This document shows positions 41,884-51,055 of a DNA stretch of 64,000 nucleotides, one piece after another. The stretch comes from Wickerhamiella versatilis. Its lineage: Eukaryota. Under the pieces are notes generated by a model. It did not search any database. It saw only the letters and a program-made list of their open reading frames with translations, and was not told where the DNA came from. The number at the start of each line of letters is the position of its first letter. Position 1 is the first letter of the stretch. A program made the translations under genes and the position numbers. Location: assembly GCA_030867685.1 (NCBI GenBank), contig JAQOWU010000008.1:3348001-3412000 (forward strand), written 5' to 3'.

Positions 41884-42179
41884 TATATAATAGATTCCAA
41901 TATCTATAGTTTCTGAAGCCTTTCAGTCTCTAATTTAGCCTCTATAATGAGATAAATGAAAGAAAAAAAGAATTGTCGTTATATTAAAGCCATTAATTGA
42001 TGTTACTAGATAAAAGTGAACCTAACTAATAAGTAAACCCCTGATATCGAAAGGCATAGTAGAATAGACAAGACATGAACAATTACTCTTGACTTCTTTT
42101 TTTTTGCTCAATTCATTAATCTGTTTCTAATAGTGAAAACAATCAAATCGACTGTTCGAATGATCACTATATGTAAGCA

Positions 42180-42217
42180 TAGGGCACAGGGCCACATTAC
42201 TAACACACTCACTCACA
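42180..42217 (+). promoter_or_regulatory. Bipartite element TAGGGCACAGGGC-N18-ACTCACA upstream of RPS3
   Basis: Matches the element upstream of RPS15. Confidence 0.55.
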
Positions 42218-42259
42218 TGGCTTCGATAGTCGTTAGACCTATCACTCAGTATCAGCAGT

Positions 42260-43027
42260 ATGTCCGCCCAGGCTGCAGCTATTTCGCAGAAGCGCAAGCT
42301 CGTCGCTGATGGTGTATTTTACGCCGAACTGAACGAGTTTTTTACACGTGAGCTTGCCGAGGAAGGTTACTCTGGTGTGCTGGTGCGCCCAAGCCCAGGC
42401 AAGATCGAGTTGGTCGTGTCAAGTGCACACCCTCAGGCTGTCCTTGGTGAGAATGGACGCCGATTGCGCGAGCTTACCAGCTTGCTCGAGAAGCGTTTCA
42501 ACTACCGCCCTGGCACTCTTATTATTTTTGCTGAGCGTGTCCAGGAGCGTGGTTTGTCCGCTGTTGCTCAGTGCGAGAGCCTCCGATACAAGCTGCTCAA
42601 TGGTCTTGCCATCCGTAGGGCCGCTTATGGTGTCGTTCGTTACGTTATGGAGTCCGGCGCTAAGGGTGTTGAGGTTGTTGTCTCAGGAAAGCTCCGTGCC
42701 GCCCGTGCTAAGTCCATGAAGTTCCAGGACGGTTTCATGATCCACTCTGGACAACCATCCCGTGATTACATTGACATTGCCACTCGTCACGTTCTCCTTC
42801 GCCAGGGTGTCCTTGGTGTCAAGGTGAAGATCATGCGTGATCCTGCGGGATCTGGTAAGCCTGGCCAACCTAAGGCTACTCTTCCTGATCACATCATCAT
42901 TCGCGAGCCAAAGATCGAGAAGCCAGTTGGCGAGCCAACTGCGATTGTATACAATGCCGAGGGTCAGGTTGTTACCGATCAGGAAGGTGCCCAACAGGCG
43001 GAGCCCGCCGCGCAGGCCGCCTACTAA
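42260..43027 (+). CDS. RPS3: 40S ribosomal protein S3 (uS3)
   Basis: [64 protein letters not shown]. Confidence 0.98.
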   Translation: MSAQAAAISQKRKLVADGVFYAELNEFFTRELAEEGYSGVLVRPSPGKIELVVSSAHPQAVLGENGRRLRELTSLLEKRFNYRPGTLIIFAERVQERGLSAVAQCESLRYKLLNGLAIRRAAYGVVRYVMESGAKGVEVVVSGKLRAARAKSMKFQDGFMIHSGQPSRDYIDIATRHVLLRQGVLGVKVKIMRDPAGSGKPGQPKATLPDHIIIREPKIEKPVGEPTAIVYNAEGQVVTDQEGAQQAEPAAQAAY

Positions 43028-43256
43028 TTATATATGGTCTGTAACTATTGAAAATATGATGCACTCACTGATTAGCAGATATTAAAAGAAACTTCACGCA
43101 ATATAGTTTTCTGGGCTTCATAGCTGAGGCTATCAATAAAGCTACTATATGTAATTAGCACAAGGCCATACCGTTGATGCGATAAAACTATGGTTCTTAA
43201 ATTTTAGGTTGTTCCAAAATTCCTTGCTCGTTCAATAAGCCTGGCTAGACAAAAAA

Positions 43257-44063
43257 ATGAGATTACCAAGCATGAAGGTACCGGCGCCTGTTAAGAGAGT
43301 TCTCGATACTTTTCCGCTAGTGACTCTACCTCCGTGTACAGAGTTACCACAACAGCATGGTACATACCTACATACCTATGGCCTTTATAAAGGCCTCCCA
43401 GCAGATCCGCAGTGTCTTGCATTCGCCGGTCTCGTCACTCTTATGTCCGAAGCAAAATTGATCCAGTCTTCACCATATATTTCATCACAAAATAAGCTTC
43501 CCCTCGTCCAGTTTGACTCTGGGTCAGTCGTTACTTCTATTGACGAGCTTATGCGCATTTTATTTACTGCTACTGACGAGGAAGAAGACAATTACGAGTA
43601 CTCAACCGCTGAGATTAATGCCTTTAAAACACTTGTTGAGACGTGGCTTAATGATGCATGGTACGCAACAATACTTAAACCGCAACAGACTGCTATCCGA
43701 CGTCTAATATATCAATCTCCAAGTGACGAACAGATTCCCTTCCCCTTTAAATTATTGGTAAATTCTCAGCTTGACGATCTGCTTTATAGCAGTACGCATC
43801 AATGCGCGACATTGAGAAAAGCCTCTTTAGCATTTCAGACGTTTGAGCAAATGCTTCAAGATGGAAAAGGCTTTCATATAGGACCTGAACTTGGATCTCA
43901 CGGCATTCATGTCCTTGATATCCTTGTATTTGCCTATACATGGCCCATCATTGAATTAATACCTGAAAGTGACTTGGCCGACCTGGTCGGACCTTTATTG
44001 AGAGAGCATGCGAGCCAGGTTGAAGGAATAATCAGAGAGAAACTCGCTTCTGCTTGCTGTTGA
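43257..44063 (+). CDS. SAM35: Mitochondrial SAM complex metaxin-like subunit (Sam35 family)
   Basis: N-terminal VPAPVKRVLDTFPL, DPQCL, QNKLP, GST-like C-terminal LDILVFAY. Confidence 0.72.
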   Translation: MRLPSMKVPAPVKRVLDTFPLVTLPPCTELPQQHGTYLHTYGLYKGLPADPQCLAFAGLVTLMSEAKLIQSSPYISSQNKLPLVQFDSGSVVTSIDELMRILFTATDEEEDNYEYSTAEINAFKTLVETWLNDAWYATILKPQQTAIRRLIYQSPSDEQIPFPFKLLVNSQLDDLLYSSTHQCATLRKASLAFQTFEQMLQDGKGFHIGPELGSHGIHVLDILVFAYTWPIIELIPESDLADLVGPLLREHASQVEGIIREKLASACC

Positions 44064-44286
44064 TAAATACTTGCGAACCGCAGAAGACTAAGAAGACTGC
44101 ATAGACACCTACAGCAGCAAACACTGTACGAGCAACCGCCTTACCATCTTCCGGATCGTTGATGCTGCCCATCATAGTTTCATGGCCTTTATAGAACATA
44201 AGGCCGATTATACTAAGGATCACAATAGCAAATATCGACAGTAGCGTACAGAACCATGCCCCAAGCGGACCAACAACGGGCTTCAT
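44032..44286 (-). CDS. V-ATPase V0 subunit f (RNase-kappa-like; S. cerevisiae YPR170W-B type)
   Basis: 84 aa, MKPVV..AWFCTLLS..VILS, GSINDPEDG between two TM helices, FCGSQV; ATG at 44286. Confidence 0.88.
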   Translation of the reverse strand: MKPVVGPLGAWFCTLLSIFAIVILSIIGLMFYKGHETMMGSINDPEDGKAVARTVFAAVGVYAVFLVFCGSQVFINSKQKRVSL

Positions 44287-44936
44287 TGTCCTCGTACGTG
44301 TAATGACTAATACAGTGGTTCTCGACAGCTCTCTAAGAGAAAGGGGGTCGACCTTAACGATATGAAGGTATGGCATCTGATTCCCTTAAGTAGAGAGAGG
44401 GTAATAAAAAGTTAATAAATTATAATGATTTTTCTGGGATGGAATGCAGCTCTAAGTAATCCAATGGCGATTTTGAACTTTTTTGTCTGTTCACTTACGC
44501 CGCACAGCAAATTATACCTCTTGACATAGTAATGTATGAGAAGATAACTGAAATACCATGTTTTTACACGAACTAAGCAAAATAATCCATATCAAGGGAA
44601 GGGGGTGGGTTCTGAACCCTATGTCACATGGCTATACGAATAGATAAGCTAATGCAGGAAAAGAGAAGGGCACGAATTTGTCCTAGCCTAAGTGATCTCA
44701 CGAACTAAGAAAAATCTAGAGCCTCCTTTAAATTTCTGATATTCTCTTTAAAGCACAGATTAAACCAGCTCCGTTTACTTGTTTTGAATCATAAGGTAAG
44801 GGTATAGAAGTTCTGCTGTGCTCATTTGTCACAGGTTGGGTTGGCTTGTGTCACATATCACAGGTCATAGTACTTCCACCGGTGTTTGTTAATTTGGCTG
44901 ATTGTGCGGTCTCAATTACAAGACTGTGTACATTAA

Positions 44937-45860
44937 ATGGGCCCGTATGATTACACTGACGAGATAGAGCAGGCCATCACCGAACTTGGTGAGTTCAGAA
45001 CCTTCCTGGCAGTGGCTCCAACATTGTTCGGCGCTGAAGACTTGATACACAAATATCATCTCTCATCGGGAGAGTTTATAAGCTGTATTCGTTGGAATGG
45101 AATATTTTATATTAGCGGTACAGATGTTGTCAACAGCATCGCGTATTGGTTTGAGGCCTTCGGTCGAAGGATTGATAACCGTAAAAAGTTCGAAGAGGGG
45201 GTATTTAGTGATTTAAGGTCGTTGAGGGTCGGTACTGACTCGCTTCTCGAACCCTCTAAGAGCCCCTTACTCACCTTTATGCAACAGAATAGGTGCATTC
45301 GAACGAGAAAAAAACAAAAGGTCTTCTTTTGGTATGCAGTGCGCTACGATTTATTATTTATTGATGCTCTCGAACGTGATATACGTAAGGAACAAAACTA
45401 CAGCCTAGAGGAGAGGGAAAAACCCACAACATCAGCAGTAAGAGAGCCTGCAACAAGTTTCAATTCGAATTCAAAATGCTTTTATACAGGACAGGAGAAA
45501 AAGTTCTCTATAGACGACCAATCCTTTTCACAATCACAACCTCATACAGTATCATCTTGCCGAGATGCAGCACCATCACAGCACTTACCACCAATGGTAC
45601 TACCCCCTTTGTGTAACAGGAGCAATACTAGCGAAAGTCCTTTGCCAGAGCCTAAAACCATGCCTTGTCTTCTTGATGCGGATGAGGAGTCAGAGGTAGA
45701 ACCAGAGGATCTTGATGAGTCTACTGAAACGAGCGAGGTCTTGACTACGCCTTCCACACCCAAAAATCCTAACAATGATCCACTGATAAATTCAATTCCT
45801 TCTTCTTGGCGACGGAATCATCGTCCCAATGAATTTCCCGAGAATGCTTCCTATCTATAG
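44937..45860 (+). CDS. STE12: Ste12-family transcription factor
   Basis: STE domain: FISCIRWNGIFYISGTDVV, KKFEEGVFSDLRSL, CIRTRKKQKVFFW, LFIDALERD. Confidence 0.92.
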   Translation: MGPYDYTDEIEQAITELGEFRTFLAVAPTLFGAEDLIHKYHLSSGEFISCIRWNGIFYISGTDVVNSIAYWFEAFGRRIDNRKKFEEGVFSDLRSLRVGTDSLLEPSKSPLLTFMQQNRCIRTRKKQKVFFWYAVRYDLLFIDALERDIRKEQNYSLEEREKPTTSAVREPATSFNSNSKCFYTGQEKKFSIDDQSFSQSQPHTVSSCRDAAPSQHLPPMVLPPLCNRSNTSESPLPEPKTMPCLLDADEESEVEPEDLDESTETSEVLTTPSTPKNPNNDPLINSIPSSWRRNHRPNEFPENASYL

Positions 45861-45877
45861 ACACTCGACAAGTGCCA

Positions 45878-46651
45878 TTAAGCAAGATTTGTATGTACAT
45901 TATTCACGTCATCTAAATCGTCAAGTTCTGACCACAACTTTTGCAGTCGACCTTGGATTTCATCATCGAAGTCTTCAAGCTGCACTGGGTCCATAGCATC
46001 ATAACCCAGGCCCATATCCTGGATTTTGTATAACTTACTTAGTTCCTTTGCAACATTTGAAAGGTCTTTCGTCGCTGTGTAGACAACGATTGAGGTCCCA
46101 TCATCACCATCTTTTTTGGATACATCTTCAACATGAAGGTCCAGGCTTTTCTCAAATACTTCATCAAATTTGTCTGTGTCGAGAGTAATAAAGCCACGAC
46201 GTTGGAACATGTACAAAGTAGGAGATAGCCCTCCCCGGTGCTTCTGGAATGCAGCTCTGATCTGCTGAGCAGTGCGATTTTTGTTTTCAGTTAATGCCTC
46301 TACGACAAATGCTACTCCACCCGGCCCAACTCCCTCGTAAGTGATGCTTTGTGCATTTTCGCCAGGACCAGAAGCAGCTTTCGAAGCTCGAGCAATAGCA
46401 CTGTCAATAACCTTCTTAGGAATACTCTGCTTCTGAGCGTTTTCGATCATCGTGGCTAGACGAACATTATTCGCAGGATCCGGGCCTCCTCCCTCTCGGG
46501 CTGCTACGATTAGTTGATTAGCAACCTTTGTATTCATTACTGACCTGGAAGCATCACTGCGTGCCTTCCTATGCTTAATATTTTGCCATTTAGAATGCCC
46601 TGCCCTGCGAACAGATGATGTTTGGAAAAACCGTCGCACGCCAAACATCAT
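45878..46651 (-). CDS. DPC29: Mitochondrial YebC/TACO1-family translation factor
   Basis: Presequence then AGHSKWQNIKHRK, GPDPANNVRL, YEGVGPGGVAFVVEALTENKNRT, DVNNVHTN. Confidence 0.9.
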   Translation of the reverse strand: MMFGVRRFFQTSSVRRAGHSKWQNIKHRKARSDASRSVMNTKVANQLIVAAREGGGPDPANNVRLATMIENAQKQSIPKKVIDSAIARASKAASGPGENAQSITYEGVGPGGVAFVVEALTENKNRTAQQIRAAFQKHRGGLSPTLYMFQRRGFITLDTDKFDEVFEKSLDLHVEDVSKKDGDDGTSIVVYTATKDLSNVAKELSKLYKIQDMGLGYDAMDPVQLEDFDDEIQGRLQKLWSELDDLDDVNNVHTNLA

Positions 46652-46855
46652 CTTACTAGATTGATTACCCTTACCTCAGCAGCGTCCGAAGGGATTGATA
46701 CTGCTAGACACAATAATTCGCTTCGCCTGATACTTGGATATACTTATAGACTGCATTAAATTTTATAATTGAACTCCTTACACTTCAATTTCATAGTCTA
46801 CTCTAGTATTTCTCTCTAGGCAAACGGAAGTCAGCTGCATAAGCGGGTTGTCATA

Positions 46856-47218
46856 ATGGCAAGTTCAGCGAAGGACCGCACGCTTTTGGCTGTCATAGGT
46901 GATGAGGATACGGTGACAGGTTTGTTACTTGCAGGTATTGGTGATGTGTCGAAAGAGGATGGATCCAGGAACTTCATGGTCGTCGGCGAAAAAGCAACAG
47001 ATGAGGAAATTGGAAGGAAATTCGATGAGTTTACACGTGATCGCCACGACATTGCTATTGTTTTAATTAATCAACACATTGCTGAAAGGATTCGTGCGCT
47101 GGTCGATAATTTTCAAGCACCTTTCCCGGCGGTATTAGAAATTCCCTCTAAAGATCACCCCTACGACCCCGAAAAAGATTCGGTATTGCGCCGTGTTCGT
47201 AGAATATTTGGCGAGTAG
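46856..47218 (+). CDS. VMA7: V-ATPase V1 subunit F
   Basis: [50 protein letters not shown]. Confidence 0.97.
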   Translation: MASSAKDRTLLAVIGDEDTVTGLLLAGIGDVSKEDGSRNFMVVGEKATDEEIGRKFDEFTRDRHDIAIVLINQHIAERIRALVDNFQAPFPAVLEIPSKDHPYDPEKDSVLRRVRRIFGE

Positions 47219-47239
47219 TTTATATATATATATACATAT
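47219..47239. terminator. TA-dinucleotide run filling the 21-bp gap between convergent VMA7 and CHS5; probable shared 3'-end efficiency element
   Basis: TTTATATATATATATACATAT between the two stop codons; TATATA is the yeast efficiency element on both strands. Confidence 0.5.
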
Positions 47240-49249
47240 CTACTTTTTCCGGTTATTTTTCTTTTTTTTGTTCTTGGTCTGGCTGTTCGTGGATGCCGTA
47301 GCTGGCTTCTCACCCTGCTTATTATCGCTTAGCTTGACAGATTCAAGACTATCATTGGCAGGAACTAAAGGCTCATTAAGCCCTGTTGATTGCACTGGTA
47401 GGTTGGGTTCAGTGGTATCCACATTTTGGATTGGTCCACCAAATTCCTCGGGACTTGTTGCCTTTGGTTCTTCCGTAAAGGTGGGCTGCTGCGGGGCTAC
47501 AGGTGACACAGGAAGAATATCCTCGACTCTGGGGCTATCGAAATTTTTGCCAGCATCATACTGTTCATCTTCGAAATTACTAGCTCTTGGCGTCTCTATA
47601 TATTGAGAATCTTGCAAGTGATCACTTTCAATTCCTGATTCCATAGATGGCACCTCAATCGGCAAGCTACCGACCACAGAATCAGACGTTGGACGCTCAA
47701 GAGTTTCAGTCGAGTCTGGCTCTAGTAAGTGACCATTGTCTTCTGGATTCTCAGCGGGCTTATCATCTTCAGTGAATTGGGGACCTTGTTCAAGCTCATT
47801 TTTGATAGCTCTCGACACATCGGTAGATGGTGTTTCCGTGAAAGGTTCTTCTGCAGCTGGTTTTTCATCGGACGCTTCATCAGTGGCTGATTGCTCAGTA
47901 GGCGGTTCAGTAGCTGGTTGCTCAGTAGGTTGCTCAGTAGGTTGATCAGTAGGTTGATCAGTGGGATGTTCAGTAGTAGTCGTGTCAGTAGTCGTTTCAG
48001 TAGGTGGTTCAGTAGATTTTGGCTCACTAGTGTGGCTTTCGGCAGGAAGTTGCTCAGTAGCAGGTGAGTCAGTAGATATTTGCCCCGAAAGAGAAGCTTC
48101 ACTAGCTGGCTGCGCAGTTGGCTCATCAGATGATTGCTTTGATAGTGGCTGTTCAGCACTAGGTTCTTGACCAGATGGCGATTTTGCATCTGGGTACTCG
48201 CTAGTTGGCTGTTCTGAAGAGGGTTGTTCATAACCTTTTTGTGCAACATCAGAATCTTCAATGGAATTTCCTTGAGAGGTAGGTTGTTCAGCAGCTGGTT
48301 GTTCAGCAGCTGCTTGGTTATTGGCAGGCTCAGTAGCTGTTGACTGCTCAAGGTCCGCGGGGATTTCATTTGGCTTGGAGCGCTCTTGCTGATTCGAATC
48401 CGGAGCTTGGGTCGAATGATTTTGCAATTCTATATGGGAAGGCTTCTGCCGCGCTATAGCTTGGGGATCCGCAGAGATGTAATATGCGCGAACGCCCACA
48501 AGACGGCGCTCGGTCTCGCACGCACCAAGCCATTCAGGCCTTACAACTGGTATATTCATGTCCTTTGCACGCTGGCATTGCTTGCCTTCATCCTTTGTGC
48601 ATATGAAGTGCGTGGTATCAAGTTTGACAACATCTTGAACCGGTTTAGCCCCTAGTCGATTGACCATATCTTTGATCTCATCCAATGTGAAATCTGAGTT
48701 TTCAAGTGAACCAACACAAACTGTAATACCTGAAAGGTCGGTCATCTTTTGCGTGGTGACCTCTACATCATTGCTTTCATACACCCCTGCTGAAGTTGCC
48801 AGAACAAGCTTAAAAGTGTACTCATGATCAATTTCCAAGTTGGATAGTTTGGTTGCAGTACGCTTCAAGGGGTTTGGGATGACTCCAAGCTTTTCGCCAG
48901 TTTTATATAGTGCTAGGCTGCGAAGGTCGGCTGACGCCACGTCAATAGTATCCCACTCTAGTACAACTGTCGTTTGAGTAACATTACGAATACGCAGAAC
49001 TGGTTGCTTTGGCTTTTTGGCAACAAACTCCTTAAGAATTTCATCTTGTACTCTCTCAAAGGTCTGATTATCATCCGATTCCTTGCCGCGATCACGTTCG
49101 CACGTGAGTCGTACGATTGAGCCAGTGTGGACATCCTCTGGCAATAAGAGTGTCGGAAACTCAATGATATGATGGTCCTCAGTTAGCAGGCGAGCTAGCG
49201 ACACTTCAAGTGTACCCACTCGAAGGTCTACGTGAACCGCGTTGCTCAT
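47240..49249 (-). CDS. CHS5: Exomer subunit Chs5 (FN3 + BRCT + acidic repeat tail)
   Basis: LLTEDHHIIEFPTLLLP, FN3 RNVTQTTVVLEWD, KMTDLSGITVCVG, BRCT DTTHFIC...NIPVVRPEWL; ATG 49249 preferred over 49300. Confidence 0.93.
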   Translation of the reverse strand: MSNAVHVDLRVGTLEVSLARLLTEDHHIIEFPTLLLPEDVHTGSIVRLTCERDRGKESDDNQTFERVQDEILKEFVAKKPKQPVLRIRNVTQTTVVLEWDTIDVASADLRSLALYKTGEKLGVIPNPLKRTATKLSNLEIDHEYTFKLVLATSAGVYESNDVEVTTQKMTDLSGITVCVGSLENSDFTLDEIKDMVNRLGAKPVQDVVKLDTTHFICTKDEGKQCQRAKDMNIPVVRPEWLGACETERRLVGVRAYYISADPQAIARQKPSHIELQNHSTQAPDSNQQERSKPNEIPADLEQSTATEPANNQAAAEQPAAEQPTSQGNSIEDSDVAQKGYEQPSSEQPTSEYPDAKSPSGQEPSAEQPLSKQSSDEPTAQPASEASLSGQISTDSPATEQLPAESHTSEPKSTEPPTETTTDTTTTEHPTDQPTDQPTEQPTEQPATEPPTEQSATDEASDEKPAAEEPFTETPSTDVSRAIKNELEQGPQFTEDDKPAENPEDNGHLLEPDSTETLERPTSDSVVGSLPIEVPSMESGIESDHLQDSQYIETPRASNFEDEQYDAGKNFDSPRVEDILPVSPVAPQQPTFTEEPKATSPEEFGGPIQNVDTTEPNLPVQSTGLNEPLVPANDSLESVKLSDNKQGEKPATASTNSQTKNKKKKNNRKK
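47917..47976 (-). repeat. Coding minisatellite, ~5 copies of a 12-bp unit (+ strand CTCAGTAGGTTG/ATCAGTAGGTTG) encoding (T-E/D-Q/H-P)n in Chs5
   Basis: Tandem units at 47921, 47933, 47945, 47957; degenerate EQP units extend through the tail. Confidence 0.85.
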
Positions 49250-49298
49250 GTCAGCTGCCCACCTCAGAGCTGGTGCAATACTATTTCTATAAAATTGC

Positions 49299-50531
49299 AT
49301 GGGTATACCAGGGCTAGCTAAAAAGGCTCGTGAACATCTAAAACGACATGGACCACGGTATTATAAGGGTGGGGATTTCTATTTGGATGGCCTGAACTTT
49401 CTACATGGAGTTTCAGACAAGGTGGAGGGCCACAAAAAAAGTGCACCCTACACAGAGTTTATTCGCCGTCTCCGTCAAAGAATAAAAATGCTGCGCAAGT
49501 TTAGTCCCCATTCTATCACACTAGTGATTGATGCTATCTGTCCCACGAAGAAATTTCCTATTCGAGTAAAACGTCATACAGCTCGTCTGGGTAGGCTAGT
49601 GCCACGTCAATGCATAGGATCAAATATGCTCATGGTTGCTTATATTCTAGAAAATGACCCTGATATACAGATTGTCTACTCAGGGTCAGAGGCAGAAGAC
49701 GAAATTATGAAGTATATTGACGAAAATTCAAGTCACCGCAGGCGACAATTCGTTTTCAGTGATGATAGCGACATATTTTGCTTCGACATCCATAATTCCA
49801 GCAATGTTGAAGTTGTGCCTCTTTCAGGACAGACTTTGATTCCTTCTCAAATCAGCACAATTAATCTGGGAGAAGTACTGAAGAGCGGTGCTGTACCAAA
49901 ATCTCTTATAAGGAAACCGCCTATTCCACGATTGGGCGAAACAATTACAAATGTACAAAAACCTGAACGTTCGTGTCTTGAATTTATTAATTCTGGGAGA
50001 GTTTATCATAAATTTAGGGATTGCTGCGGTCCTTTGTACTCACCCTCCACTCTCGCAGCTCCATATATAGCGGGAGTTGACCTACGACGTGCTGCATATG
50101 GCATAATGATAGAGAAAGGTCAATTCAAAGACCCACAAGACATTCAAGTAGAGGAATGGGCTCAAAATGACGGTAAAATGGAACTTTCATTACGGAGACC
50201 GATTCTTGGACAAAATCTTGAACTAATACGCCAAATTGTGAACACGGTGCCCATTCCTGTAATTATCTGTGAGCAATTGGAAGAGATACAGGACCAAGTG
50301 CAAATTTCCAGCCAAGAAATTCAAGCCATTGGGCTGTACCTTCGTGATCTAATACAAGGTAAGGGTATGGGGCTTGTGGAGTTATCCCCAAACGCTCTCA
50401 AGCTTAGCACCTTGCTTAAGGCCGTTTTGGTATCCCTTTCAAGGTTTATAGTCGCAGATGGAGGCCAAAGAAATGATTATAATCTTGTTTGGCACGTCAC
50501 ACCTTGGGAACTGTCGAATTACCTGGGTTAG
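49299..50531 (+). CDS. PIN/XPG-FEN1-fold putative nuclease (Asteroid-like)
   Basis: MGIPGL start, LDGLNF, VIDA, SEAEDE, SDDSDIF acidic clusters typical of XPG-family active sites. Confidence 0.72.
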   Translation: MGIPGLAKKAREHLKRHGPRYYKGGDFYLDGLNFLHGVSDKVEGHKKSAPYTEFIRRLRQRIKMLRKFSPHSITLVIDAICPTKKFPIRVKRHTARLGRLVPRQCIGSNMLMVAYILENDPDIQIVYSGSEAEDEIMKYIDENSSHRRRQFVFSDDSDIFCFDIHNSSNVEVVPLSGQTLIPSQISTINLGEVLKSGAVPKSLIRKPPIPRLGETITNVQKPERSCLEFINSGRVYHKFRDCCGPLYSPSTLAAPYIAGVDLRRAAYGIMIEKGQFKDPQDIQVEEWAQNDGKMELSLRRPILGQNLELIRQIVNTVPIPVIICEQLEEIQDQVQISSQEIQAIGLYLRDLIQGKGMGLVELSPNALKLSTLLKAVLVSLSRFIVADGGQRNDYNLVWHVTPWELSNYLG

Positions 50532-50597
50532 GTGACAACCTTTAATTGTCAGGTTAGTAACGCGTGACGCTCCACCGCGTCTCACTTTCTTGTCAAA

Positions 50598-51023
50598 ATG
50601 TTTAGCATGCGCCGTTTTGCCTCCCGTGCTTTTTCCTCAACATCACTCCGCGCTGACGTTGCCCGTTTAACGGTTGTTGGACGTGTTGGTTCTGAGCTTC
50701 AGCCGACAGTTGCTAAGACAGGACGCACTTACCTTCGCTATGCTCTTGCCGTGTCAACAGGTCGTGACGAAACTTCGTGGTTCAATATTAATGTATTCGA
50801 TGACCAGGCTATTGATTTCATGACAACATACCTTTCAAAGGGTGCTACTGTTTTTGTCGAGGCTGATGCACGCATGCAACGTTATGAAACTGAGCAGGGC
50901 GAGCCTCGTCAAAATCTTAGCCTCATTCAGGAGAGCATTAGTCCTATAATCTGGAAGACTAAAGCTGCTGCTGCTGCCGAAGCGGAGGCTCAAAATACGA
51001 GCCATCCCGACGCCACTGCTTAA
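50598..51023 (+). CDS. RIM1: Mitochondrial single-stranded DNA-binding protein
   Basis: Presequence MFSMRRFASRAFSST; OB fold LTVVGRVG, YLRYALA, TSWFNI, YLSKGATVFVE. Confidence 0.92.
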   Translation: MFSMRRFASRAFSSTSLRADVARLTVVGRVGSELQPTVAKTGRTYLRYALAVSTGRDETSWFNINVFDDQAIDFMTTYLSKGATVFVEADARMQRYETEQGEPRQNLSLIQESISPIIWKTKAAAAAEAEAQNTSHPDATA

Positions 51024-51055
51024 TTATATTTCTTTTTCTTATACCCCTACGTAAT

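Noticed and set aside
44032-47218. Two V-ATPase subunit genes (f and F) within ~3 kb
   Set aside because: Separated by unrelated genes; no evidence beyond chance without synteny data
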